Shown here: piece after piece, positions 21,237 to 35,691 of the stretch
How the letters are laid out: each line of letters starts with the position of its first letter
Numbering within the stretch: the stretch's first letter is position 1
Assembly (NCBI GenBank): GCA_963783365.1
Contig: CAWANI010000009.1
Coordinates: forward strand, 484,625-548,624
Length of the DNA: 64,000 nucleotides
Direction of reading: 5' to 3'
Source: an uncultured delta proteobacterium
GTDB lineage: Bacteria > Desulfobacterota > Desulfuromonadia > Desulfuromonadales > CAWANI01
The notes under the pieces: model-generated
The model's input: only the letters and a program-made list of their open reading frames with translations
What the model was told of the DNA's origin: nothing
The model's database searches: none
Made by a program: the position numbers and the translations under genes

Positions 21237-22187
21237 TTAAAGCCGAATATCGATATAGGCTTTTTGCTTCAGTTCGGTGGTCCACTTTTTGAACCGCTGT
21301 TGGGTTTTTTGTTTTACCAGGGTCTTGCGAATTTCGTCCTTGACCGTGTCGAATTTCTGAATTTTACCGGGAGTGAGTCCGGTGACCTTGAGCAGATGGA
21401 ACCCCTGCGGCGTTTCCACCACCTGACTGATCTCGCCCTTCTTGAGACCCTTGATGGCCCGGGCGAAGACGGGGGTCAGCTGGTCCTCGGTGAAGGTTCC
21501 CAACTTGCCTCCTCGGGCGGCATCCGCCGTGGCGCAGTCGTTCAGGACGGCCGTAAAGTCCTCTCCCTTCTCGATCCTCGCCCTGGCCCGCAGGGCTTTG
21601 CGGCGGACGGCGTCGGCCTGTGCCGCGGAGGCACTGGCCGGCAGGGGAAAGGTGATATCGCTGATCTGTACCGCAGCCCGTTTCCGGTAGTCGTCGATAT
21701 GCGTGCGGAAGTAATCAAGCAGTTCCTGATGGGTCACTTCCACCTTGCTTCGCACCTCGCGCCCGACCAGCTTGAACCGCAGAATCTGTTTCCGCAGGTT
21801 CTCACGGTAGGTGGCCAGGCTCATCCCCTGGGCTTCCAGCGCCCCCTTCAACTGGCTGTCGGTCAGATGATTCGCGGTCTCCACGTCCTTGATCGCCCCA
21901 GCGATCTCCTTGTCGGAGACGCTGATGCCCAGTTCTTTGCTCTTCTGTTCGAGGAGGTCGTTGTCGACGAGCTGATTCAAAATCTCGTGGCGCAGGGCGT
22001 CCCGGTTAGGGTCCGAACGGGGTTTTTCCCCTTTGCGGGCGGTCTGGACGGCCACCGCCTGATCCAGCGCATAGGTGGTGATGATGTCGTTGTTGACCAC
22101 TGCGGCGATACGATCCACGATGGCGGCGTGGGCCGTCGCTCCCAGCGAGAGAGAGAGTATGGCGCTCAAAATAAGGATTCGTTTCAT
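21237..22187 (-). CDS. surA: SurA-type peptidyl-prolyl isomerase/chaperone
   Basis: Signal peptide, VDRIAAVVNNDIIT, parvulin domain GG.LG...VETPQGFHL; upstream of pdxA. Confidence 0.85.
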   Translation of the reverse strand: MKRILILSAILSLSLGATAHAAIVDRIAAVVNNDIITTYALDQAVAVQTARKGEKPRSDPNRDALRHEILNQLVDNDLLEQKSKELGISVSDKEIAGAIKDVETANHLTDSQLKGALEAQGMSLATYRENLRKQILRFKLVGREVRSKVEVTHQELLDYFRTHIDDYRKRAAVQISDITFPLPASASAAQADAVRRKALRARARIEKGEDFTAVLNDCATADAARGGKLGTFTEDQLTPVFARAIKGLKKGEISQVVETPQGFHLLKVTGLTPGKIQKFDTVKDEIRKTLVKQKTQQRFKKWTTELKQKAYIDIRL

Positions 22188-22243
22188 GCCTGTAAACCTT
22201 TGGCTATGCGGTTAGTGTCCGCGATATTTACGGAGACGTTGCT

Positions 22244-23176
22244 TCACTTCTGCAAAAGGGACCAGTTCACTTTGATCGAGGCCTGGCTCCGCAGATCCTG
22301 GAGCCACTGCTGATAGGCCTGCTCTTCCTTTTCCCGGTGTAGTTTCTCGCGAATGTGCTCCCGTACGTCCTTCAGGGGGAGATGGACCGCCTTGCGGTGC
22401 TCTTCGACCTGAAAGATGTGGTAGCCGTAGTCGCTCTTCACCAGGCCGCTGAGCTTTCCCTTCGGCAGGGAAAAAACCACCGCGTCGAAAGCCGGCGGCA
22501 TTTCGCCGCGGGCGAAGAACCCGAGATCCCCTCCCTGTTCGCTGTCGGGGGAAAGGGAATATTTTTTGGCGACCTCGGCAAAGGGCTCTCCCTGTTGCAG
22601 AAGGGCCAGGACCTTGCGTCCCTCCTCCTGGGTTTCGACCACGATCTGGCGCGCCCGGACCTGCGCCGGTCGGTCGAACTCCTGCCGGTGCTTGCGGTAA
22701 TAGGCGGCGATTTCTCCCTTGCCGACCGTCACCTTGGCATCGACCGCCTGGCGGACGACTTTCTCGATGAGCAGCGCCCTCTCCAGTTCGCCTCGCCACG
22801 CTTCGAGGGAGGTGCCGCGCGCCTGGAGCATTTTTTGGAAGGTCCCGGGGGGATAGTCCCGACGGTATATTTGCAGGGCCGCATCGACCTCGGCCGGGGT
22901 GACGGACAGTTTGCGCCGGGCGGCCTCGGCCAGAATCAGCTGGCGATCGATGGTCTGAACCAGAAATGAGCGTTCCAGATCCTCTTTTTCCCGGGCCGAG
23001 AGAGCCTGGTCCGGGGAGAGGGATTTTTCAAAGGCCTCCTTGAACTGTTTCAGGGTCACGGAGCGGCCGTTCACCCGCAGCAGGACCTCGGGAGGGGATT
23101 CCCCCCGGCTCCGGCAGGCGCAGAGCAGGCAAAGGATGACAACCAGCGACAGGGCGCGGGAGTGGCGAGCAATCAT
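22244..23176 (-). CDS. PpiC-type peptidyl-prolyl isomerase, lipoprotein
   Basis: LCAC lipobox; FAEVAKKYS.SPD...GGDLGFF...SDYGYHIF. Confidence 0.88.
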   Translation of the reverse strand: MIARHSRALSLVVILCLLCACRSRGESPPEVLLRVNGRSVTLKQFKEAFEKSLSPDQALSAREKEDLERSFLVQTIDRQLILAEAARRKLSVTPAEVDAALQIYRRDYPPGTFQKMLQARGTSLEAWRGELERALLIEKVVRQAVDAKVTVGKGEIAAYYRKHRQEFDRPAQVRARQIVVETQEEGRKVLALLQQGEPFAEVAKKYSLSPDSEQGGDLGFFARGEMPPAFDAVVFSLPKGKLSGLVKSDYGYHIFQVEEHRKAVHLPLKDVREHIREKLHREKEEQAYQQWLQDLRSQASIKVNWSLLQK

Positions 23177-23257
23177 CAAAACTTCCCGCCGCAGGTCCTT
23201 CGACCGGCGGCACGTGACCAAAAAACGAGGCGGGATCGACTCTCCAAGCTACCATAG

Positions 23258-26763
<3,506 letters not shown>

Positions 26764-26851
26764 CAACACATTTTGCTTTCTTGCGAAAGCGCCAAGAGGG
26801 GGCGCGACCTGCACGCCCCCGGCTAGGGAAAGTCCTGCGGCAAAACGGCGA

Positions 26852-27773
26852 TCAGTCGCGGGGCACGGCGAGCATCCGGTCCAAGGCGACCCGGGCCCGG
26901 TCGCGGCATCGCTTTCGGAACGGTGATCTCGCGGGCTCATCGTCTGCAGGCTGTTCAGGACATCCTCCAGGGAGGTGAGCTTCATGTTCGGGCAGATCAG
27001 CCGGGAGGTGGGCAGGATGAACTCCTTGGCCGGGATTCTCCCGCCGCAGCCGGTAGAGGATCCCGGCCTCGGTGCCGACGATGAATTTTTTCGCCGGACT
27101 TTGCCGGGCAAAGTCGTACATGCCGCTGGTCGAGCAGATGTGGTGGGCCAGCGCCAGGACTTCCGGGGGACACTCGGGGTGGGCCATGAAGAGCGGCATC
27201 GGGATGCTCGGCCAGGGCCCGCTCGACGTCGGCCACCTGCAGCCGCTCGTGGGTCGGGCAGTAGCCCTTCCCAGAGATGAGCAGGTCTTGTCTGGTGTGG
27301 GCGGCGATGTAGCGGCCGAGGTTGCGGTCGGGGACCAGGATCACCTCCTCGGCCTCGAGGGAGTTGACCACCCGCACGGCGTTGGCGCTGGTGCAGCAGA
27401 TGTCGCTCTCGGCCTTGACCGCGGCGCTCGAGTTGACGTAGGTGACCACCGGCGCGCCGGGGTGACGGGCCTTCATCGCCCGCAGCCCCTCGGCGGTGAC
27501 CATGTCGGCCATCGGGCAGCCGGCGTCGGGACGCGGCAGCAGGACGATCTTGTCCGGGGCGAGGATCGCCGCGCTCTCGGCCATGAAGTGGACCCCGCAA
27601 AAGACGATGACCTCGCGCTCGGTGCGGGCCGCCTCCATCGACAGGCCGAGGGAATCTCCCGTGATATCGGCGATTTCCTGGATCTCGTCACGCTGGTAAT
27701 TGTGGGCCAGAAGCAGCGCATTGCGCTCTTCGGCCAGACGGCGGATCTCCTGCTTGATCTCTTGCTGGTTCAT
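26852..27773 (-). CDS. nadA: Quinolinate synthase (frameshifted)
   Basis: [34 protein letters not shown]. Confidence 0.95.
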
Positions 27774-27972
27774 TCGCTCCCTTTCCCTGAACTTCTTTGA
27801 TCATCGTATATTAGTTCAAAACCCCTGATATGTCAAACCCTTAACTGTCCCCTTTGGCGCTTGACAGGGACCGGCAATGAAGCTATTCTCTGCACACTCG
27901 TCAACCAGGTTTCCGTCTGGAGTTCCCGGGCTGGAACACCCCAGGCGCTCTCCCTTAACTGAGGTATCGCCC

Positions 27973-28362
27973 ATGTTCGGAATCGGAATGAACGAGCTGT
28001 TGCTCGTCCTGGCGCTGGCCCTGATTATCATCGGTCCCAAAAAGTTGCCCGAGATCGCCAAAGCGCTGGGAAAGGGTCTGGCTGAGTTCAAGCGTGCCAC
28101 CGAAGAGTTCAAGAACACCATCAACGAAGAAAGCCGGGTCGCCGAAACCCGGGACCAGTTGGTTCGGGAGGGAAAAATCCAAGCTCCTGAAACCGATGCT
28201 GATACCGATGTCGGTACCGAGACCGATGTCGCCGAGCCTTCCGCCGCCCCTTCTGCCGAGGAGGAGGTAGCCGCCTCCGAGTCCGTGGACCGCAAACCGG
28301 GCCCTGAGAGCGGCAGCGAGCCTGCCGGCAAAGAAGTCCGGGGGTCTTCCCATGACGGATGA
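27973..28362 (+). CDS. tatB: Twin-arginine translocase TatA/TatB subunit
   Basis: [27 protein letters not shown], acidic tail, overlaps tatC. Confidence 0.85.
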   Translation: MFGIGMNELLLVLALALIIIGPKKLPEIAKALGKGLAEFKRATEEFKNTINEESRVAETRDQLVREGKIQAPETDADTDVGTETDVAEPSAAPSAEEEVAASESVDRKPGPESGSEPAGKEVRGSSHDG

Positions 28363-29122
28363 ACAGCTCCCCTTTACCTCCCATCTGGAGGAGTTGCGCA
28401 AGCGGCTGATCATCGCGGCGGCTTCGTGGGCCGTCGGCTTCGCGGTCTGCTACAGCTTCGCGGAGCGCCTCTTCCAGTTCATCTCCGAGCCGGTACGGGC
28501 CGCTCTGCCCAAAGGCAGCTCGCTGGTTTTCATCAACGCTACCGAACCCTTTTTCACCTATCTGAAAATCGGTGCGATCGCCGGACTGCTCCTCGCCCTG
28601 CCGGTGGTTCTCTGGCAGATCTGGATGTTCGTGGCGCCGGGGCTCTACTCCAATGAAAAAAAATTCGCCATCCCCTTCGTTTTCGCCAGCTGCCTCTGTT
28701 TCGCCTGCGGCACCTTTTTCGGCTTCGTCTACGTCTTCCCCACCATTTTCACCTTTCTGATCAAATTCGGCACCAGCACCGGCGATATCAACGCTATGCT
28801 CTCGATGGGGGCCTATCTCTCGCTCTCCTCCAAGCTGCTGGCCGCCTTCGGCGTGGTTTTCGAGCTTCCCATCGTCATCTTCTTCCTCGCCCGAATGGGC
28901 ATCGTCGACCACAAATGGCTCGCCAAGAACCGCAAATACATGCTCGTCGTCGCCTTTCTGGTCGGCGCCGTGCTGACCCCTCCGGATGTCTTTTCCCAGT
29001 GCTCCGTGGCCATTCCCTTTATCGCCCTCTACGAGGTCGGCATTCTGGTGGCACGGATCTTCGGTAAAAAAAGGGTTGAGGAGACCAAAGAGAAAGAGGC
29101 GGAGGCGAAGGCCGGAGACTGA
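28352..29122 (+). CDS. tatC: Twin-arginine translocase TatC
   Basis: [29 protein letters not shown]. Confidence 0.96.
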   Translation: MTDEQLPFTSHLEELRKRLIIAAASWAVGFAVCYSFAERLFQFISEPVRAALPKGSSLVFINATEPFFTYLKIGAIAGLLLALPVVLWQIWMFVAPGLYSNEKKFAIPFVFASCLCFACGTFFGFVYVFPTIFTFLIKFGTSTGDINAMLSMGAYLSLSSKLLAAFGVVFELPIVIFFLARMGIVDHKWLAKNRKYMLVVAFLVGAVLTPPDVFSQCSVAIPFIALYEVGILVARIFGKKRVEETKEKEAEAKAGD

Positions 29123-29211
29123 GCCGAAAGCGCGCTGCCTCGCCATACCTCCGCACGCTCTTACGCAGTTGCTGCCGAAGGGCGGGGAAAGTCCCATTTT
29201 CCTCGCCCTTC

Positions 29212-29808
29212 TCAGCGTTGGTGATAGGGCTCCCAGGGGATGTCACCCTTGCCGCCGTTGTTGCAGAGCCTGGCCCAGACGAAGCAGAGATCGGAGAGGC
29301 GATTGAGATACTTGAGGCACAACGGGTTGATGGCCGAAGCGCTTTGCGGCGCCGCCCTGCCCGCCTCGGCCTCGATCAGGCCGACCACCTCCCGCTCGGC
29401 CCGGCGGGTCACTGCGCGGGCCAGGTGAAGGGTCGCCGATGCCCGGCTGCCGCCCGGCAGAATGAAACTGTCGACCGGCTCCAGTTGGGCAGTGGCTGTC
29501 GCGATGGCGTCTTCGAGACGGCGCACCTGGTCCTCTCGCAGGCGGGGAACATGGGACTCTGCGGAGCCCGAAGGGGGGGTAGCCAGGTCGCCGCCGAGAT
29601 CGAAGAGATCCTGCTGGATGGCCAGCAGCGCCCCCTTCATGCCGGGGAGAAGTTCCTCCTGACGCGCCAGGCCAAGCAGGCAGTTGACTTCGTCCACGGT
29701 GCCGTAGGCGCACACCCGGGGGCTGGTTTTGGCCACCTTGCTGCCGTCGGCCAGGGTTGTCGTTCCCTTGTCGCCGCTGCCGGTGGTGATGCGATCGAGC
29801 GTGACCAT
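29212..29808 (-). CDS. ATP:cob(I)alamin adenosyltransferase (PduO type)
   Basis: T.SGDKGTT, AYGTVDE.N, RRAER, YLNRLSD. Confidence 0.92.
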   Translation of the reverse strand: MVTLDRITTGSGDKGTTTLADGSKVAKTSPRVCAYGTVDEVNCLLGLARQEELLPGMKGALLAIQQDLFDLGGDLATPPSGSAESHVPRLREDQVRRLEDAIATATAQLEPVDSFILPGGSRASATLHLARAVTRRAEREVVGLIEAEAGRAAPQSASAINPLCLKYLNRLSDLCFVWARLCNNGGKGDIPWEPYHQR

Positions 29809-29984
29809 TGTCTCCTCCTGTGGGCAGGGTGTTGCGTTTCAGGCATTCATTGACATCCGGTTGCCGGGATGCATGACAAAATCGGTGAAAAAAAGATCGA
29901 TTCGGGGCGAAGGTGAGCCTTCGACCCGCCGACCATGGGCGGAGAGCTTGAATCTCCCTCTTTTTTGAGGTTATAGTGGCCGCC

Positions 29985-30922
29985 ATGACAACTCCGGCAC
30001 TCGATATCCGCCATCTCTGGAAACAGTATGATGGCTTCACCGCGGTCAAGGATGTCTCCTTCGGCATCGAGCAGGGAGAGATTTTCGGCCTGCTCGGCCC
30101 AAACGGCGCCGGCAAGAGCACGACGATCAACATGGTGGCCGGCGTCACCCGCGTCGGTCGGGGGGAGATTTTGGTCTTCGGTCACGACAACCGCCGGGAG
30201 TATCTCCTCACCCGCCGCCTGATCGGGGTGATGCACCAGGAGATCGTCATCGACAACTTTTTCACCATCGACCAGGCGCTAAAGTTCCACAGCGGCTACT
30301 ACGGGGTGCGCGACGATCCGGCCTGGCGGCAAAAGCTCATCGAGCGCCTCGATCTGGGGCCCCATCTGCACAAAATCATGATCAAGCTCTCCGGCGGGCT
30401 CAAGCGGCGCTTCATGATCGCCAAGGCGCTGATTCACAAGCCCCCCTTCTGATTCTCGACGAGCCGACCGCCGGCGTGGATGTGGAGCTGCGCCACGGTC
30501 TGTGGGACTTCGTCCGGGAGATCAACGAGCAGGGCACAACGATTCTGCTCACCACCCATTATCTGGAGGAAGCCGAACAGATGTGCGGGCGTCTCGCCAT
30601 CATGAATCACGGCGAACTGATCGCCCTGGAATCGACGGAGGCTCTCTTGCGGCGGCTCGGCAACCGCCAGGTGTCGGTCCAACTCCGCGCCCCTATCACC
30701 TCCCTGCCGCCCGAGCTGGCTCCCTTTCACGCGCGGCTCTCCGAAGACGGCCGGCGCCTGGAGATCCCTCTGCAGAACGGCCGGGGGGCCGGAGACATCC
30801 TCGAACTGCTGTGCCGCTGCGGGGTGGCGGTGGAGGATATCGAAACGCGGCGGGCCGGCCTGGAAGAGGTCTTTCTCAAGCTGACCGGCATCGATCGCGC
30901 GGAGAGGGGAGAGGCCCGATGA
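29985..30922 (+). CDS. ABC transporter ATP-binding protein, YadG-like (frameshift near 30445)
   Basis: GPNGAGKST, LSGGLKRR, ILDEPTAGVD, LTTHYLEEAE. Confidence 0.9.
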
Positions 30923-31698
30923 GCGAGCGCCCCTTCGTTCCCTGGCTGCCCTTTTTCACCCTGCTGCAAAAGGAGGTGCGCCGGTTCCTCCGGGTCGCCT
31001 CCCAGACCCTGATCACGCCGATCATCACCGCCTCTCTCTACCTGTTCGTCTTCGGCGCCACCCTGGGCGATCGGATCAGCATCCTGCCCGGCTTCAGCTA
31101 TGCCCAGTTCGTCATTCCCGGGCTGATTCTCATGGGGGTGATCAACAACTCCTTCGCCAACACCTCCTCTTCCCTGTTCATGTCCCGCTATCTGGGCAAT
31201 ATCGTCGATCTGCTGGTGACCCCGGTGACCCCGGCCCAGTTCATCCTCGCCTATACGCTGGCCGCCATGCTCCGCGGCTTTCTGGTCGGGCTGACGGTGC
31301 TGGTCATCTCCACTCTGTTCGCTCACCTGCCCTGGGTCCATCCCCTGGCGGCGGTGGCGATGGCGGCTCTTGCCAGCCTGCTCTTCGCCCAGTTCGGGAT
31401 GGTTGCCGCCATCTACGCCAACAACTTCGACGCCCTGTCGATGTATTCCAACTTCGTCATTCTGCCCCTCATCTATCTGGGCGGGGTCTTCTATCCGATC
31501 TCCATCCTGCCGTCCTTCTGGGCGGGGCTCTCCCACCTCAATCCCCTGTTTTACCTGATCGACGGGTTTCGCCACGCCATTCTCGGCGTCGGGGACCTGT
31601 CGTTTTTCACCGCCTTCGGGGTCACCTCCCTGATGGCGCTCGGCATGTTCTTCTGGGCGGCCCTGCTTATCGGCAAGGGCTACAGGCTGCGCTCCTGA
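30919..31698 (+). CDS. ABC-2 permease, YadH-like
   Basis: KEVRRFLRV, F..PGLILMGVI.NSFAN, NPLFYLIDGFR; ATGA overlap with the ATPase. Confidence 0.9.
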   Translation: MSERPFVPWLPFFTLLQKEVRRFLRVASQTLITPIITASLYLFVFGATLGDRISILPGFSYAQFVIPGLILMGVINNSFANTSSSLFMSRYLGNIVDLLVTPVTPAQFILAYTLAAMLRGFLVGLTVLVISTLFAHLPWVHPLAAVAMAALASLLFAQFGMVAAIYANNFDALSMYSNFVILPLIYLGGVFYPISILPSFWAGLSHLNPLFYLIDGFRHAILGVGDLSFFTAFGVTSLMALGMFFWAALLIGKGYRLRS

Positions 31699-31741
31699 GG
31701 GAGCTCGTTGTTTTGTTTTTACAGGGAGGGTTTCCGGAGCG

Positions 31742-32494
31742 ATGGCACATTTCCCCTGGCAGTATCCGCTGCTGGTCTTCGTCGGCCTTGTCGCCGGTTT
31801 TCTCAACGTTCTGGCCGGCGGCGGCTCCCTGCTGACGTTGCCGATTCTCATCTTCACCGGTCTGCCGGCGGCGGTGGCCAACGGGACCAACCGGGTGGCG
31901 ATTTTTTTCCAGAACATCTTCGCCATCAGCGGATTTCGCCGCCAGGGGATCTTTCCGTGGAAGCTGGCGCTGCTGTGCGTGGCACCGGCCCTCGTCGGCA
32001 GTTACCTGGGGGCCAACCTGGCGGTGACCATCGACGATGCGATGTTTCGGCGCACCTTGGCGATCATCATGGTCGGGGTGCTGATCTTCACCGCCCTCGA
32101 TCCGATGAAACGCCTGCGGGGGACCGTCGAGCGGTTCACCCCGGTGCGTATCGCCGTATTGCTGGTCAGTTTTTTCGCCATCGGGGTCTACGGGGGGTTC
32201 GTCCAGGCGGGGGTCGGATTTCTGGTCCTCACCGGCCTTCTGGTCCATGGCCTCGACCTGGTCCAGTCCAACGCCGTCAAGGTGATCGTTATTTTCGCCT
32301 TCACCATCGTCGCCCTGGCGGTCTTCATTTACCACGGCGAAGTCGACTACGGGCTGGGCATGGCGTTGGCGGCGGGCAATTCGGCCGGAGGCTGGATCGC
32401 CAGTCACATGGCGGTAAAAAAGGGGCACGACTGGATCAAGAAGGTCGTGACCCTCACCATTCTGGTCTTCGCCATCAAACTGTTTATCTCCTGA
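31742..32494 (+). CDS. Sulfite exporter TauE/SafE family protein
   Basis: AGGGSLL..P, ANGTNR, GVYGGFVQAGVG. Confidence 0.9.
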   Translation: MAHFPWQYPLLVFVGLVAGFLNVLAGGGSLLTLPILIFTGLPAAVANGTNRVAIFFQNIFAISGFRRQGIFPWKLALLCVAPALVGSYLGANLAVTIDDAMFRRTLAIIMVGVLIFTALDPMKRLRGTVERFTPVRIAVLLVSFFAIGVYGGFVQAGVGFLVLTGLLVHGLDLVQSNAVKVIVIFAFTIVALAVFIYHGEVDYGLGMALAAGNSAGGWIASHMAVKKGHDWIKKVVTLTILVFAIKLFIS

Positions 32495-32501
32495 CGACCT
32501 T

Positions 32502-32653
32502 ATTTGATGCTCTCGTAAAGACGCCTGGGATGGCTAAGCAAAAATTTCGTCCTACAAGGCGGTGGTTTTTCAGGGGCGAAAGCCACCAGTCGGGTGGTCG
32601 AGGCCCTGAAAAAATGCCGTTACGCCGTAGGGCGGACTTTTTGCGTCGCCATC
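32502..32653 (+). repeat. About 150-bp structured intergenic repeat (MITE-like), copy 1
   Basis: Ends ATTTGATGCT.TCG...GGATGG.TAAGCAAAAAT and TTTTGCG...CCA.C are shared with 46428-46574. Confidence 0.6.
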
Positions 32654-32872
32654 TTATTTCAACAAAAAGGACACGTTGAGTCGCACCTGGTACTCGTTGA
32701 CCTTGCCGGTCTCGTCCACGTGCCCCCGTATTTCCTCCACTTCGAACCAGGAAATCCCCTCCAGCGTCTTATGGGCCCGGGCCAGGGCCAACTGGATGGC
32801 CTCCTCGATCCCCTTGCCCGATACCCCGATCACTTCCACTTTCTTGTACGTGCGCTCCTCGCCGTAAGTCAT
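32654..32872 (-). CDS. Dodecin (flavin-binding)
   Basis: TYKKVEVIG.S...IEEAI..A...WFEV.EIRG.V....EYQV; GGAG RBS. Confidence 0.93.
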   Translation of the reverse strand: MTYGEERTYKKVEVIGVSGKGIEEAIQLALARAHKTLEGISWFEVEEIRGHVDETGKVNEYQVRLNVSFLLK

Positions 32873-33138
32873 GTCTACTCCTCCCGGTTGTGGTTGATGT
32901 ATACGCATAAGCCTATCACCTTCGGGCGGGGTGTAAAGAATCGGCGCCCGGTGCGGGTGTCTCGTCGCGGTCGTTTGGAAGGAACCTGATGGCCTCGCCT
33001 GGCGGTTTTCGAGGACCTGGTGCGCATGCGGATTTCCCCGGCGGAAAAGCGGTTGCGGGCTCCCCCCCGATAGTTGCAAAACATGAAAAATATTCTATAG
33101 GTAGAGGAGGACGTGATGCGAGCGGAAAGGAGAAAAGC

Positions 33139-34433
33139 ATGCGAAGGCAACTGGCTCGGGCAGAAGATCAGACCGTGCAGGAGACCCTCTTCTCTTTGCA
33201 GACGTTGCTGGGGGATCTCCCGTCGATCGATTTTGCCGTACGGCTCTGGGACGGGTCCTTGTGGGGGGCCTCCCCGCGGAAGCTCGATTTACCTGGGTGC
33301 TGAACCATCCCGGCGCTCTGCGCCGGATGTTCTGGCCTCTGAATGAGCTTTCCCTGGGAGAATCCTACATCTTTGGCGATTTCGACATAGAAGGGGACCT
33401 GGAGGCGGCGTTCTCTCTGGGGGATCTGCTCCTCGAGCGGCACTGGAGCTGGAGGGAGAAGCTGCAGATGGGCAAGGCTCTTCGGCGGCTGCCCCAGGGG
33501 GACAGACAGGATGGCGGGCGCCGGCCGGCCCGGCTGCACGGGGCGGCGCACTCCCGGCGCCGCGACTCGGAAGCCGTCACCCACCATTACGATGTGTCGA
33601 ACGACTTTTACCGCCTGTGGCTGGACCAGCGTATGGTATATTCCTGCGGATATTTTACCGCCGAATCCGACGATCTGGAGAAGGCCCAGGAGGGGAAGCT
33701 CGATTACATCTGCCGCAAGCTGCGTCTGCGCCCCGGCGAGCGGCTGCTCGACCTCGGCTGCGGTTGGGGGGGCTGATCCTGCACGCCGCCCGCAAATACG
33801 GCGCCCAGTGTGTGGGAATCACGCTCAGTCGACCCCAGGCCGAACTGGCCAACGAACGAATCCGGGCGGCGGGACTGGCCGAGTGCTGCCGGGCCGAGGT
33901 GCGCGATTATCGGGAGATCGAAGAGTGGGGCGGTTTCGATAAGCTGGTGAGCGTAGGGATGTTCGAGCACGTCGGGTGAGTCCCGGCTGCCCGAATATTT
34001 CGAGCGGGCCTGGCGCCTACTGCGGCCCGGCGGCGTTTTTCTCAACCACGGCATCACCAAAAGCCTCGCCCATCCCGATCCTCCCGGCCCCTCCTTCATC
34101 GACCAGTACGTCTTTCCGGACGGGGAGCTTCTGCCGATCGCCACCACGGTGAAAACCGCCGAGATCTGCGGGTTCGAGGTTCGCGACCTGGAGAGTCTGC
34201 GGGAACACTACGCGCTCACGCTGCGGCACTGGGTGCGGCGCCTGGAGGAACAGTACGAAAAGGCCCGCCGTCTCACCAACGAGGTGACCTGTCGTATTTG
34301 GAAATTGTATATGGCCGGCTCGGCGCACGGTTTCCGGATCGGCCGGATCAATGTCTATCAGGCGTTGCTGTCCAAGCCGGATGGCGCCGACAGCCGCCTG
34401 CCGCTCACCCGGGACGATTGGTACTGCGTCTGA
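33139..34433 (+). CDS. cfa: Cyclopropane-fatty-acyl-phospholipid synthase (three frameshifts)
   Basis: HHYDVSNDFY, YSCGYF, LLDLGCGWG, SVGMFEHVG, YVFPDGEL, REHYALTL. Confidence 0.92.
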
Positions 34434-34479
34434 TCGCTCGGAAAGGGGCGCTTTGCGGGAAAAGGTTCTTCAGTTCGTG

Positions 34480-34794
34480 TCAGGGCATCAGGCCCCGCTT
34501 GCGCAGCTCCGCCCACACCCGGTTTCGCCGGGTCTGAAGGACCTTCACCCGCGGCGGCAGGGGGGCATTTTCCGGCTTTGCGCTCCCCAGGCGAAAGCCC
34601 CCTCCCGAAGCCTCCCGCTCCTCGTTGGCGATCTGGTCGTTCAGCTGCCGGAAGTAGGTCTGCAGCTGGGCATTGGTCATGGTCGTATCGTCACGGGCCA
34701 GCAGGGCGTGGGTGGCCTTGCCCGTGGTGGCGCAGCCCAGAAATGCCAGGATGAGAAGAATCGCGGCGCCCTTTCCCATTCGTTTCAGAATCAT
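34480..34794 (-). CDS. Small hypothetical lipoprotein
   Basis: AAILLILAFLG-C lipobox; start uncertain. Confidence 0.65.
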   Translation of the reverse strand: MILKRMGKGAAILLILAFLGCATTGKATHALLARDDTTMTNAQLQTYFRQLNDQIANEEREASGGGFRLGSAKPENAPLPPRVKVLQTRRNRVWAELRKRGLMP

Positions 34795-34850
34795 CGGCAC
34801 ACTCCAGTTAGATAAATCACCATCGATCATTGTCCCTTCCGGCAGGGGCA

Positions 34851-35600
34851 TCAGTCTTCGCCTCGCTTGCGTCCCCGCCAATCGCGGATGCTCCAGGCGA
34901 TCTGGCTCCACATCCCCCGCAGCAGGGAGAGCTCTCTCTGGTCCAGATCCGCCCGCCGGAGGATTCGGCGCAGGGCGTTCATGGCCCCTTCGGGGCGCCG
35001 GGGGTTGAGAAACGCAATGCGTTCCAGCACGGTTTCCATCTGGCGAAAGAGTGCCTCCATTTCCCCCTGGACGGGCCTGTTGCCGTGAGGTGTGGCCGGC
35101 TGAGCCGAGCTCTTCCGGGTGCATTCGTACAAAAAGAGCAGAACCGCCTGGGCCAGATTCAGCGAGCCCAACTCGGGTGCCGTTTCGATACGGGCCCCAT
35201 GGGCGCAGAGGGCGACCTCGGCGCTGGTCAGGCCGGCGTCCTCCCGCCCGAAAACCAGTCCCAAGCGCCCTTCGGCGGGGAGCTCGGCCAACAGGCGCGG
35301 CATCTCGCCGACATTTTTCAGGGCTCCGCGCAGCTGGCCGCGGCGGCGGGTGGCGGCGACGGTTGTCGTCAGGTCGGCCAGGGCGGACGGCAGGTCCTCG
35401 TATACCTGTGCCCCCTCCAGCAGGGGAGCCGCTCCGACGGCGAATTTGCGGGCCTCGGGGGCAAGATGGTCGCAGGGAGCGACCAGGCGCAGGTCGCCGA
35501 CGCCGAAGTTGGCCATGGCTCTGGCCACCGACCCGATATTGCCGGGGGTTTGCGGTTCGACGAGGATGATGGCGAGATGATTCGAATGGCGCTGATTCAT
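34851..35600 (-). CDS. trmJ: tRNA methyltransferase, SPOUT TrmJ family
   Basis: PGNIGSVARAMANFG, LVFGRED.GL, SLNLAQAV. Confidence 0.88.
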   Translation of the reverse strand: MNQRHSNHLAIILVEPQTPGNIGSVARAMANFGVGDLRLVAPCDHLAPEARKFAVGAAPLLEGAQVYEDLPSALADLTTTVAATRRRGQLRGALKNVGEMPRLLAELPAEGRLGLVFGREDAGLTSAEVALCAHGARIETAPELGSLNLAQAVLLFLYECTRKSSAQPATPHGNRPVQGEMEALFRQMETVLERIAFLNPRRPEGAMNALRRILRRADLDQRELSLLRGMWSQIAWSIRDWRGRKRGED

Positions 35601-35691
35601 GAAGGACTTGCGACGCGTGGCCGGACCCTTGGCCCCGGCCACGCTCGGAGGATCGGATTTGACCCGGTTTCGATCAGAAAATGGCTTCGGC

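Noticed and set aside
30440-30455. TGA ending the first half of the ABC ATPase
   Set aside because: Frameshift in a C-run; the Walker B ILDEP continues in another frame
33970-33985. TGA after MFEHVG in cfa as possible selenocysteine
   Set aside because: Removing one G from GTCGGGTGAG restores HVGESRLPEYF; it is a homopolymer indel and the downstream sequence is in another frame
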